From assembly GCF_006345805.1 (NCBI RefSeq), contig NC_043002.1:29078001-29142000 (forward strand): a stretch of 64,000 bases of DNA, written 5' to 3'. A program made the position numbers and the translations under genes. The notes under the pieces are model-generated. The model was not told the DNA's origin and did not search any database. It saw only the letters and a list, made by a program, of their open reading frames with translations. The DNA is from Octopus sinensis (lineage: Eukaryota). The number at the start of each line of letters is the position of its first letter. Positions within the stretch are counted from its first letter, which is position 1. Below are positions 13,531 through 28,145 of the stretch, one piece after another.

Positions 13531-14371
13531 CAGTATCTTTTAAATAAAGATTCTAGTGAAACTCCCACATGCTCAAAAGTAGGACCAGGATTGTATAAAT
13601 AGTTCAAACATTGAATTAACTTTGTTTCTTCGAGTTCGATTGAACATGATGGTTGACTTGAATATCCTTCCTTTCTAATTTATTACGTATATTGGAGTCA
13701 TAATATTATTTATTGAAACTAAGGCTTATATATCTTTCAACACTTTACATTCAAATACTGCTGAGATCGTCTTTGCCATTTATCCATTCGAGGTCGATAG
13801 ATCAAATCGAGATCCACCACAACTCGAAATTGGTGAACTTAGAAATAAGTAATTTATAATGGTAATAATTGTTGAAATATTATACAAAATGAAGTACATA
13901 AAAAGTAGCAACAACAGTGACAAAACAACTAAAACGAAACCAGTATTCGCACAAATAACGTCATCAGTAAAAGGAACTACTGGATGACGGAATGTACAAA
14001 GAATATAAATATCCCAAATAGTGTTGACAACATGTATACAGATACTTATAAGAATATATATGTGTGTATGTGTGTGTGTGTGTGTGTGTAAGCGTAGGTG
14101 CAAGAGGAGATATTGGTGTCCATCTTGACGGACAAATGAAAACAACAACAACAACAACAACAGCAGCAAGAACAGCAACAACAACAACAAAGACCGCAGT
14201 GTCAAAAGTGAAAGAGAGAATAAAACTATGTGTCTCACGCTGTCCACTTTCAAGGGCTGGTTTTCAAGTGGTACTCTGTGTTAACAGCGTATTTGTGTAC
14301 GTACACACACACACGTACACACACCATATGTATGCATACAAAACTTCATAAGTGCATACATACATACATAT

Positions 14372-14402
<31 letters not shown>

Positions 14403-14445
14403 GGGGATGTGCTGTGCGCGTATTTGTGTACGTACACACACACAC

Positions 14446-14489
<44 letters not shown>

Positions 14490-15517
14490 GGGGATGTGTT
14501 GTGCGCGTACACGTACGTACACATAAGCGTTTATGTATATAGTCATATATCAACTAATGTATTTATACATACATGCAAATCTAACTATTCGTATATATAT
14601 GTATGTATACACACACATAATGTGTATACATATATACCTACATTTACACGTATATACATGCATGTATATCTGTGCATTATCTGACATTTTTCTTGTCTTT
14701 GTTTCTTTGAATTGATCACCATTTCCTTTATTGCTTCGTTTCTCTATGCTTCATCATTATTTTTATTATTTTATTATTTTATTTGTATTCCTTATATTGT
14801 TATTTTCTGTATTTTTTCCTCTCATTTTACTCCGAGTTTTGTCTCTCCTTTGTTTTGTATTATTTTGTTACTACGTCTTATTGTTAAACCGTTTCTCACT
14901 TCCTTATTTCCATTTTCGGTGAGGTGTCGTAGTATCGTAGGGTAGGGTAATGTAGAGAGAGAGAGAGAGAGTGGTGAAGAGTGTGGAATGTTCTTGTGTA
15001 CAGTAGTGGTATCATACGATGTGTTTCTATGTGACATGGCTTAACAATCTGGTGTTAAGTAATGTGGAAAAGGATATATTGTTTAAGAGTATAGTGAATT
15101 TCAATACAGCAAGGAATAACCAGAAGATGAGTGGTGTGGCGTGGAAGGGTAGGAGGGTGGCGTCAGGAACTGGACAAAATGAAGTGTCTGAGACATACAC
15201 TTAGAAATACTTACATACGTACATACATACTTACATACATAATACATACATCATACATACATACATATATATATATATTTGCATAGTGTCTACATATATA
15301 TATGTGTGTGTTTGTGTGTGTGAATATATATCTATATACCTATGCATATATATAATATTATATATATATATAATATATATATAATATATATATGTATATC
15401 TATATATACACTTACACATATACATACAAACATTTAAGTGCATATATGCATATATGATTTTATGCATAATACATACTTGTGTGTATACAAAAATCTATAG
15501 ATATATGTATATATATG

Positions 15518-15548
<31 letters not shown>

Positions 15549-15600
15549 CCATATATATGTATAACTATAAAATGCATATACACATGCGTTCGTATATATA

Positions 15601-15644
<44 letters not shown>

Positions 15645-16428
15645 GTATGTATATAAATAAACATATATCTACATCTATGCGTAGATGTATATGTGTGTTG
15701 GTGTGTGTGAGTAAAATTGATTTTCACTATTGCTTATTATACATTGTTGTTTGAACACCTGATTGCAAAACTCACTACCAACGCTAAAAGTCATTTAGTC
15801 CTTGTAGATTTTCCATTTACTTCGTTACTTCTGCTAGGCGTCGCTAGTGTCGCTGCATAAATTGCAATAATTTCAGCCATTGTTTATCTTTCATCAGATC
15901 TTCAGTCGAATACATTCTCAACCATTTGCACATAGCAATTGTTCACTTATGAGACACAAACTTACAAACACACTTGCAGAATGACCGCTTCATTCTATAT
16001 TACCATTATTTGAATTCTTTAATTACGGAACTTATTCTTCGCAGACTTCTTTAAGAAAATCGTCTCCGCTTTCTCTTTGAATCTAATTCTTCTTTCTTTC
16101 TTTTATTTCTTCCCTTCGGTTTTCGTTTTGTTTTCTTGGTTATATTTGTTTCTTTGTGTTTATATTATATCATTTGAGTATTTAGGCAAATGCGTGAATA
16201 CGTGTGGACATATAATGGTGCGCGAATGTGTGCCCTTTGAAGTAGCAATGTGCTTCTATCAAGTTGTTTATATGTAGTTGTATTTGCGTGTGTATATGCA
16301 TGCAAACGCATGTGTGTGTGTGCGTGATTATGTCAGTGTGTGTCAGTGTGCATCTATGTATTGGACTTCTATAGTTCTCAATGTTTTCTCTAAGTATGAA
16401 TGTGTTTCAACACATATATCAATATATA

Positions 16429-16486
<58 letters not shown>

Positions 16487-16582
16487 TATATCCATACATA
16501 CTGCCATACACGTTTATATACGCACATAACGTATCAATAAATGTATAATGATATGTATCCACATATACATACATATACATAC

Positions 16583-16614
<32 letters not shown>

Positions 16615-17749
16615 GAGTAAATGAATTTCTGTATGTGAATTTAGATGTACAATCTTGCGAAAAAGTACTCAGTGTGAAATCTAACGAGTAACTTTGTCGC
16701 AACTCAGAGTTTCTCGGTAGTGTGCGCTTGTTCAGGCGTAACAGAAAACGAGTGCGCCAAATAACGAAGCAGTGAATCATCAGCTTGGAAAGACTACACA
16801 CCCACACCTATTCACACAGACACACACGCAAATATGTTCGTCTTTATATATATATATGTTCGTGCGTGTGTGTGCGTGCGTGAATGTGGGTTTGTTCTTG
16901 TTTGTCCGTACGTGTGTGTCTGCGAGTTTGTGAGTGTGATCATATGTAGAATTTTAAAAGTAGCTTGGTTAGTGCAGAAGCTTGCTTCTGCCAGGAATTA
17001 GCCATATTATTCTGGCATCTATGCTTTGACCCGTGCTGCAAGGAAGGCCCTACCAGAAGCCCGCGCTCCATTGGCTTAGCTCTCAGGGTCATTGAGGTAT
17101 GCAAGCCATCACAGCAAAACATAGACCAGATCTTGTCGTATGACCACACAGAGATCCTATATTTTGTTAATATTTTACACTGTTGTCGTTCTTGTTGATG
17201 ATTTTTTGTCGTTGTCAACCATAACTGAATAGTTTTATTTTTCGAAGGTGTTCATACAATTACCGACCTATTTAGACTAACACGATTCGCAGCTGCATTA
17301 TTCAGCGTGTCTATCATCGTTTGTAATCAGTACAATGCGGGTTCCATTTGAAGGAGACGTGACTTAGTTCTAGGAGGTCACGGGACCGAAAAGAACCTTC
17401 TCTCATAGTATCAAGATATTTGATGTCCGTCTATGAAATAAATCTACTTAAATAATCTAGGTTACTAAGTATACTATTACCCTACACACGAAAGAAACAT
17501 GTTCATACATAGACTAACAGACACATTTGGTTGGGTGCAACAGAATTTACGCTAATATGACGGACATTTGTGCAGGAGAGCAAATAATTCCTGAGATATC
17601 TTGCAAAGGAATCGAACCTGGAAACATGTCGTTGTGATTAAAAATTTGGGAATTCCTTAATCACGCAGTGCCTATATATATTTTCATACACACAGACACA
17701 CACATATATACACACATTTGCATGTTTATACAACCAAATACATGAATGT

Positions 17750-17961
<212 letters not shown>

Positions 17962-18687
17962 CAACAATTGAGGGTAAAATTAATTAATTAATCAATATTT
18001 CACCAAGTATTCAGTATGCAAAGGGACCATTTAAGGCGAATTCAAATTATTACATTATATAAAAGGGCTTAGTAAAATAAATTACTTTGCCGCATTCTGA
18101 ACTCATTAGAAATAGCAGCTAAAAAAACATTTATAAAACTATTTCTAATACTTAAAGAAAACCTCTCTCATATAGTGTTTGCTCAATTCAACTCACGAAA
18201 GTATGGGGGTAGAGACATTAAAAAATCAAATGCAAAGGTTATTTGAGAACGTACGTTTCAAGATTAGTCAAAATCGACATTCTATCATCAGCTCAGAACT
18301 CCCTGGTTTGGATTTGAAAACACTGAAAGTGGGAGCATACCCTTTCGGCTTCTTATCGCTTCTGAAGATCCGCTCGAAACTAACAGTGCCAACAAACTCA
18401 AATATGCAAGCGAAGAATTTCTGCTCTCCCCTTTCCACCAGCGTGGGTTAAAATCAGTAAACACTATGCTTTTTTCGGTAAAATCCGAGGCATATATATA
18501 TATATATGAATATGAATATGCGCGTGTGTGTGTATATACACGTCGATATAGGTTTGTGAATCAGTGTGTGTTTATGTATGTGTGCATTTTTATATCACAA
18601 CCATAAATTATGGTGGAATATATGTGCGAGTACGTGTGTGTATGCCACTGTACATACATACATACATACATACACATATATATACAT

Positions 18688-18736
<49 letters not shown>

Positions 18737-19267
18737 ATAATATATATATAATATATATATACATATACATATGCATATATTATTATACATCCGTGTGTAT
18801 GTGTATGCGTGTGAGTAAGAGTGGAAGGCGAAGAGGTGTTAATAAGATGACATATTGTTAAGAAGGGAGAATCCACAAGAATACAGGCGACAACTTGACA
18901 AGAAAGACCAAAGTCTAGATATTCTTTTGAACAAATTAATCTGAAGAGACGAGGAAAACTTTATTTAATATTTCTCCCCGTTATAAATTGTCTGAGAGTC
19001 TTCATTAATTGGCTGGAAATGGTAATTGATTGAGGAGCCTTTCGCTAATAATCTGAGACATAATCGCGGATTAATCTTAGCTTGCCATTGTTCTACTAAT
19101 CCTTAATCCTTGTAAATGTCTCTCTTTCCACATCTGATATGCTATTAAATCAACTATTGAATGGGGGCCTCAGCGATGGTAGGATATGAATGTCTAACGG
19201 GTTGGTGACTGGTCATAAAGACACACAAACACACACATACACTCTCACAGTAAGAAACACGCACACA

Positions 19268-19356
<89 letters not shown>

Positions 19357-19416
19357 TATAGACATACATGTGTTAGTGTTTCACGCTGTATGTATGTGCG
19401 TATGTTAGATGTGCGT

Positions 19417-19447
<31 letters not shown>

Positions 19448-19609
19448 CATATCTGGGAATGTGAGTATGCTTGTGTACATAACGTATAAAGACGTGTAAG
19501 TGTTGTATCGCGCGCACGATTTAAATAACCGCCTTGCCTTTGTGGTATTTAGACGTGTATGTTTATGTCTGAATGTGTTTCTATAGTGTTTTGTGTTGAA
19601 TGACGAACG

Positions 19610-19650
<41 letters not shown>

Positions 19651-20923
19651 GGCGATTCTGTATATGTGTGGACGTATGAGTATATATGTGGCAATGTGCG
19701 ATACTATATAAATGTTGTGATTTGTGTGTATATGCATACATCAAGTTCCTTTTTTAGACATGTCTGATAGAGCGTTCCATTTGAATATTATTATATTCGA
19801 ATCCATGGTATTTTATACATATTATAACTACAGGTTTACACACACACACACACACACATACACATATAGACATATATATTTATATGCTCATACTTACATA
19901 CAAGCACGCATACATACATATATTCGAGTGTGTGTATATATATATATATATAGATATATATATATACACATATATGTATGTATGATTATATGAATGTGCC
20001 CTCATATGCGTACATATGTACCTTTATAAACCCACTTGCAGCGCACATTACAATGGAGAAGCATATACACGTTTACATATGCATACGCATATATAGAAGC
20101 AGCCTCAAACCCGTCCGCTCACATACACACACATACACTAACACCTACACACGTACACATACACACGGACACACACACACGCGCACAAACACACACAGAC
20201 ACACATACATTCTCACATGCACCTCACCAAACAACTGTATTATCAACGCGTTCATCTCCGCTACTATACACACCAAATTGGCTAAGTTACAGCGAATGAA
20301 TGCTTAAAAAAGCCCATGATGAATACAACAATGAGAATAGGAGAGATAACGGAACCTCAGGGAATGCCTGTGTTGATGAGGTGGGGATTAGGGGGCAACT
20401 CTTTGACACATATATGAATAGTTGCAACTATAGAGGAGCTTTTAACCCAGACAAAACCGATGTGTATGAGTTCAGTGCGATACGTATATGAAGGACCCAC
20501 AAAGAAGGAAAGAACGAAAGAGTGAGAAAGAGAGAGAGAAGGAGAGAGACCGAATGAGAAATAAATGATGAATGAGAGGATGTGAATAAGTTATTGTCAG
20601 AAAGAGAAAAAATATCGATAGATTAACTTTTGTTATCTTCATTGTTCGCATATTAAATACGATGTAAAGAAAATGTCAAACAGGGTTTCATGAAAATAGT
20701 TTCTGACTTAAGCACAAGGCCCAAAACTTCGAAGTGTAGGGGTGTTAGGAAATAATTCAACCATGAATTATTATCATACTTTATCTAAGAGGAGAAAAAT
20801 TATTATCATACTTTATCTAAGAGGAGAAAAAGACAAAGTTGACCTTGTTGGAATTTGAACTCAGATATTAAAGAGCTGGAAAAATTACTCTAAGCTCTTG
20901 TCTCCACGCTCTCTCGATTCTAC

Positions 20924-21090
20924 TAGTGGTCTGCAACCGGTGTGCCAGGAGACGAGGTTAGGTATGATGTACTGTAATCTGAATATAAATTTTTCCCTAT
21001 ACTTTTAGTTATAGCTTTAGTTCAGGTGTGCTGCCGAATTTCGAAAAGAATATAAGTGTACCACAATTGAAAGAGGGTTGTGGAACACTG
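20924..21090. mobile_element. hAT-type MITE
   Basis: Termini TAGTGGTCTGCAACC and GGTTGTGGAACACTG (imperfect TIR); 8-bp TSD GATTCTAC / GATTTTAC. Confidence 0.75.
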
Positions 21091-21897
21091 GATTTTACGA
21101 TTCCATCGCCCCTATAAAAATACATTGCTGGAGTTGCGAAAACCCTTAGCCCTAATTTATGGTCCTCTGTCTATTCCGAAACAAAAGTAGTGACTTGGCA
21201 GAAGTTTTAAAGTGTCGGACAAAATTCTTCGAAGAGCTAGATGTCTTTATGTTCTGATCCCTTTGGACTCACCTTTATCTTTCATCTTTGAAAGATATAA
21301 CACAGTATATAGTACAAGTATTGGAGTCGATCTAATCGATTAACCAGCTCCTCCAAATTTCAAGCCTTGCATGCATCTTTATGAGAGTAGAATATTATTT
21401 CAGAACTTGTAGTTTAATGCCATAACAGATATGATAGGGTAGATTTAGGATCTAAGGCGTTACGTTCAAAAATATGACCCGATTAACAAACAACGTATAG
21501 ATTAATCCTTTTACATTAGTGACCAACACATTTCTCAAGTGCTCCGTGTAAAGGGTGTTGCATCTCCGTCTCTTCAAGCATTTCGCTTTAAAACTGTATC
21601 GCTCCATGTTTGGTCTTGTTACGATATACAGTGACCTAGTGCCTCCCGTTCATCAGAAGGTTGTTAGACCGAAAATTGCAAGTAACAGTCACATTTTCCT
21701 TGAACAATTATAATGTATATGATACTCTGTTGAAAGATATTGGATAATCCTTTAGTGAAATGTTAGATTTTTATATATAACTATACACACTGATAAGCAT
21801 ATAATATTATATGCATGAATGTATGTGTGTATGTATCTAAGCATGTATATCTATCTATCTATCTCCCTCTCTTTCTATCTCTCTCTCTCTCTCTCTC

Positions 21898-21938
<41 letters not shown>

Positions 21939-22189
21939 CACATATACACACAAGCATACATATTCATGTACATATTTACGTCTGTAGGGATAAAAATTCA
22001 ACAAGACAAAATGCTTAATTCGTAACACTACCGACATCGAAAGTTGCCACCGTGTTTATACCAAGCGCAACCAATAAGAACCACACATGCAAATTGGAAA
22101 ACTTATTGTAAGGGCGTCCGTTTCATAATCAAAATATTCGTGAACTCAATTCCTGAAAGACCGTGGTGCTTTACTTCACGTTGCTTCAG

Positions 22190-22615
22190 TCGCAAGAGTG
22201 GCCGTGTGGTAAGTAGCTTGCTTCCCAACCACATGGTTCTGAGTTCAGTCGCACTGCGTGGTACTGTGGGCAAATGTCTTCTACTATAACCTCGGGCTGA
22301 CCAAATCCTTGTGAGAGGATATGGTAGACGGAAACTGAAAGAAGCCCGTCGTAGATATGTATATTAGAAGAAATTAGGTACTCAGAAATCCGGATAGTTT
22401 TATATTTACTGATATTTATTAGCATGTTACATGTTTTTATACATCATATATCATATATCAGCGCTGTCGTCCATTCTAGTGGAATCTTCAAATTGCTCTC
22501 AAAATAGAATATGTACTAGGCTTACAAAGAATAAGTCCTGGGGTCGATTTGCTTGACTAAAGGCGGTGCTCCAGCATGGCCGCAGTCAAACGTCTGTAGC
22601 AAGTAAAAGAAAGGG
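22190..22615 (+). mobile_element. SINE family A, head at 22190-22375 and tail at 22513-22615
   Basis: Matches 6883-7331. Confidence 0.8.
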
Positions 22616-23339
22616 AAAGACTCTAGTCAGCTGCAGAAGAGATGAACTGTCACAACCTAGAAATTGTGCTAGATTAAGATTGAAGGATTCGCGTTGATAT
22701 CTCTGTCGACTCGCGACAGTAGAGGCACCTAAAATAACTCACGAAGCCATGGTACCAGCTGCCAAGTTGTATTTTATCGGCTGGCGATCCTAAACTCCTT
22801 AGTTTTGCGTATGATTCTTTAACATCCCAATAACGTCTTTTTTTGTCTATCAGTATTTATATTTCCGCATGCCTCTCTTATTTTGTGACAAATCTTAAGT
22901 AGTGATGGTCATTGATTAAGTAGTTTTTATTGGGTTTATCTTTTCTGTGTTTCGGTATGCATAAATTTTCAGGTCTGAAAAAGACGAAACTTTGTTGTAT
23001 TTTATGAGAGTCAAATTAAATCCCATGAATATACTGGATTCTTTGTCCTTTACTTTTTGTGTTCAGTTATGTTCACAGAAATTCGCGTCTCACTTTCCCT
23101 ATGAACTCTCAGTGAGTTTAAATTTGAGCATTTAAAGCGATAGAATATACTTATTTGTTTAAATAAATAGTTCTAATATATAACTGTCGATTTCAACACG
23201 ATTTCAGATCAAAATTAAAAAAATATATCCCTAAACCTGAAAGCCCTTTAGTTACACAAAATTCATTTCAGTAGGATTTTTTGCGGTATGACATTTAATT
23301 GCATTTTCCATCCTGCTGATATTGGAGCTTATTTTTATC

Positions 23340-26300
23340 CCTAGTGAACAGGTGATCGAATGTAGCCACGTGAACAGTTGAATGAAATTAGCCAAGTGAA
23401 CATTTGAATGAATTTAGCCTAATGAACAAATGATCAAATTTAATAAAAGTGGACATTTAATCGAATTTGTTCAAGGGGACAGTTGATCAAACTAAAACAA
23501 GCCGCAGGTCATCTAATTTGATCAAGAGAACATTTGATCGAATTTGAACAAATGGACAGTCGACGGAATTTGGCTTTTTCTGTTATAGCCACAGATGTTA
23601 TTGCAACGAGCAGTTAACAGAATTTGTTCAAGTGGACAGTTCATCGAACTTGGCCAAGTAAACAGTTGATCGAATTTATATAAAAGGATTGTTGATCAAA
23701 TTTGGTCAAGTGGACAGTAGATCGAATTTAGTTTAGCGAGACAGTTGGACGAATTTGACCCACTGCCCAAATGATCCAAAATGTTCAAGTGGATAGTAGA
23801 TTGGATTTGGCCAAATGGATTGGTAGAACACACAATCGGTCGAATTTAGCAAAATGGACAGTTAATAGAATTTAACAAAGCTGATAGTTGATTGAAATAG
23901 GTGGAGTGTGCAGTTGATCAAATATGGCATAGTGAACAATTGATAGAAATTAGCCAAATGTATAGTTGATCAAATTTATCCATGTGAACAGCTGATCGAA
24001 TTTGGAAGGATGAATGGACAGTCGATCGATTTAGCCAAATGCGCTGTTGTCTGAATTTAATCAAAATGCCAATTGAACAAATTTAGTCAAGTGGACAGTT
24101 GATCGAATTTCTTTAAAGGAACATTTGATTGAATTTGCCAAAATGGAAAGGTAGTCGAATTTTACCAAATGGACAGTTGATCAAATTTGGCAAACTAGAC
24201 AGTTGATCGAATTTTGATAAGTAGACACTTGATCAACATCAGCCAAATGGACAGTTATTCGAATTTAGCCATGGCTCAGGCAGACAGTTGATTAATTTTG
24301 TCTATCGAACAGCTCATCGATTTTTCCTAATGAAAAGTCGATCGAATTGGGCCAACTGGACAGTTAATCGAATACATTCAAGTGCGTATTTGATCGAATT
24401 TTGCATAACAAGCAACTGATTGAAAATAAAGAAGTTGACGGTTGACTGAGTTGGGTTAATTGAGCTTATGATCAAACTCAGCCATGTGGATAGGTATTCG
24501 ACATTAACCATATAGACAGTTGGTCGAACATGGGAAAATGGACAGTTGATAGAATTTTTCCAAACCGATGGTTGATCGAATTTAACAAAGCGAACTCTTA
24601 AACAAATTGGGTAAGCTGGGCAGCTGATCAATTTCAGCAAAATAGACATTAGATTGAATTTAGTCAAAAGGACCGTTGATGGATTGAATTTAGCCAAAAG
24701 GACCGTTGATGGAAAAGGACCGTTGACTGTATTTTGTAAACTGGGCAGTTGATCAAATTTAGACAAGTGGATATTTCGAATTTATTGAAGTCGAAAGTTA
24801 ACTGAATTTGGTCGTGAGGAAAGTTAGTCGACTTTAGAAAACATACATATGATCAGATTTAGCCAAACAGACAGCTGATCGAATTTAGCAAAGCGGGTAA
24901 TTGGTTGAATTGGACAGAAGTTATAATTCCTCGAATTGAGAATATTTACAGTAAATCGAATATAGCCAAGAGTACAGTTGATCGAATGTCTGATCGAATT
25001 TATGAGAATTTTCTGTTGATCTAAATGTACCAAATGGAGAGTTAAACAAGTGGAGAATTGACTGCATTAACAAAAGCGGCTATTGATAGAACTGTGCAAA
25101 GTGAACAGTTGATCGAATTTGGTGAAATGGATAATTGATCGAATTTAATCAAATGTCAGTAAATTTAGCCAAGTGACCGAATTTTGAAAATGGACAACTG
25201 ATCGAATTTAGAGAATTTGATAATTGACCAACTTAGCTCAATGGAAAGTTAACTGAATTGGTAGGATGGATATTGAATTTAAAAAAGGGGACAGTCAATC
25301 GAATTTAGGAAGTCGAAAATTTGTTCATTTGAACAACTGCTGGAATTTGGCATATCGGTCAATTGATGGAATTTAATCAAGTGAACAGTTGATCAAATTT
25401 AGAACAGTTGATCGAATTTAATCACAGAATAAGATGGTTATATTTATCTCAGTGGACAATTGATCAAATTTTTTAAATGGACAGTTGATCTCCTTTTGCA
25501 AATGGATAGTTGATCGTAAGATTGAACAATTGATCGAATTTTACGAAGTGGACATTTCATCGAAATTATAGAAGTGAACAATTGATCTAATTTAGCTAAA
25601 CGGAGACTTTTTCTAATTGGGCGAAGTAAATTGCTGATCGAATTTAGCAGGATGCATAATTGATCGGAATTAGCTAAAAAGTTAGTTGATCGAATTTAGT
25701 TGATTGAATTTTCAGAATAGACTGTTAATCGATTTTATCCATGTGGACAGTTTATCGAATTTGAAAATATTACTGTTGATGAAAAATAGAAATTTGACAA
25801 ATGTACGATTTCTGCAGATGTACTTATTGATCAATTTTATCGAAATGGACAGCTGATCGAATTTGTTCAAGCGAACAGATAATCGAATTGGATCAAATAG
25901 GAAGTTGAACGAATTTGGCAAACTCAGCAGTTGATCGAATTTAGACAAGTAGACTGTTCAAATTTGTTCAAGTTAATTATTGATTGAAATTGGAAGAATG
26001 ACATTTGATCGAATTTCGCAAAGTGGAGAGTTGATCAAATTTAGCTAAATGAAAAGTTGACTGAATTTAGCAAAGCGGACATTAGATCGAATTGGATAGA
26101 ATTTACTAGAGATCAAATTTAGCGAAATGGAGAGTCGATCATGTTAAGCCCAGTGAAAAGTTGATCGACTTTTGCCGTGTGTACAGTTGATCGAATTTAG
26201 AAGATTGAACAATTGATCTCATTTAAACTATATAGACAGATGATCGAATTTAGTCACGTGGCCAGTTGATCATAGTTAAGTGGACAGTTAATTAATTTAA

Positions 26301-26410
26301 TGCAACAATTAAACAATTGATGGAATTTGGCCAGCCAGACAGTTGATCAATTTGAGTCGAGTGGAGATTTGATTGAATTTACCAAGGCGACAGTTCATCA
26401 GATTTTGTCT
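23340..26410. repeat. Diverged 26-27-bp minisatellite array, roughly 110-120 units
   Basis: Consensus approximately AAGTGGACAGTTGATCGAATTTAGCC; conserved core CAGTTGATCGAATTT. Confidence 0.92.
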
Positions 26411-28099
26411 TGATGTATTAGATCTAAGGGAGACATTCTCTAATGTCACCCTCACCGTTTATAGCGGTGAGAGTGTGATTTGAAGAGAATAGAAATTACT
26501 TCTATTCCTAGCAGGTTGAAGAAGAACCACAGTGGAAGAAGCCCATCGTTGCTCCAAATCTTTCGTTGGTACATATCCTTGTTTTTATCATTTACACATG
26601 TCAACCCTGACAGAGCAGATCTATGAGGAAATTCACAGTTCCATCTGTGATCATCTCATCTTTTCTCAATCTGCAAGGAACACTGTAACACATTATGCAA
26701 TGTGTCATTTTCATAAGACGACAAGCTGTGCATTCTGGGAAAAGTTTAGCTGACATTTCTAGCAGGTCAAGCAAGCTCCTAGAGACGCATTCGTCACCAT
26801 GTGGTTAAGGCTTTTGGTATTGAAGTGTAAACTCGTTAAGTTAATCATAAATTCATTTAAACTTTGAGACTGGTAATGAGAGATGCAAAGAAGAGGCTGA
26901 CAAAGAGCACGAAAAGAGGAAGGCAAAAAATGGAGAGTGGTAGGAAAAGAGAAGTAGGGGAGATAAGGGGTGAGAGAAAATGGAGAGGAATAGGAAGAGT
27001 TTGGGATAACATAAAAGATAGATGAAAGCGATGTGTTCTATTGTTGTATGACATGTTTGTTTACAGTATTGCATAGTGTTTTATTTCAATATCTGCGTGT
27101 TTGTTTGTCTGTCTGTATGTCACCCACCCCTCCAAGACAGAGTACGTTGCTCACCTGCTAAATACCAATATGTATTGTTCTGCTGTTTTTTTTTAATTTT
27201 ATTTTTCCATTCTCAATAAATCGATGAAGAGTTTCAACATAAATTTTAGAAAAAAAAAAAATACAAATAACATATATAGAATGACGAAAAAGAAAAGCTT
27301 TTTTAAACAGACTAAACGTTTGCATGTGTATGTGTGTGTGTTTGTATGTGTGTGTGCGCGTGTGTTTGTATGTGTGTGTACATACATACACATGTACATG
27401 TATACATGTATTTGTACACATGTTTGTATGTTTGTATCTATCTATCTATATGTATATATATGGGTGTGTGTGTGTGTGTATAAACGTACGCCTATGTAAA
27501 GTATGTCTGTGTAAAATATTTATATATGAATTTCTTTAGAATGTATTTGTGTTTCTATGTATATAAATAAATATATACATACATACAGCATTAATATATA
27601 CATAGGCACCCACGAACACATATGAATGCCTGCATATGTATAACTATACATTCACTCATACATGCAAATACACACACACGCACACACACACACACACACA
27701 CACATGCATACGTACAAACCTGTATATAAATGCGAACATTTATATTTGGAAATATCTACGTATACACACACACACACACACACTCACACATATATTTGCT
27801 TGTTTGTATATATATATATATATATATATATATGATATGTGTGCAAGGGTGTGTGTATGAGTGTATGTGTGTGTAAGAGAAAGAGAGAGAGAGAGAGCGA
27901 GTGAGAATGTGTATGTGTGTGCCTATGCATCCATACTGTTATCGTAAGTTTCATCGCTTTAGTTAACAATATTTGCTAGGTTTGGGCTTCCAGACATAAA
28001 CTTGTAGGTTTTCATCATCTGATCTTTACCAAGATGTTCATCTTTTGATGCTCACTGTATCTGTCATATCTGCAAGGGGGTACCGTCGTCTTTACTTTT

Positions 28100-28145
<46 letters not shown>

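Noticed and set aside
23340-26410. 26-bp array as a CRISPR array or repeat-protein CDS (ORFs 24314-24766 and 25712-25948)
   Set aside because: No unique spacers of constant length, no cas genes and a eukaryotic context; the period is not a multiple of 3 and the consensus has stops on both strands
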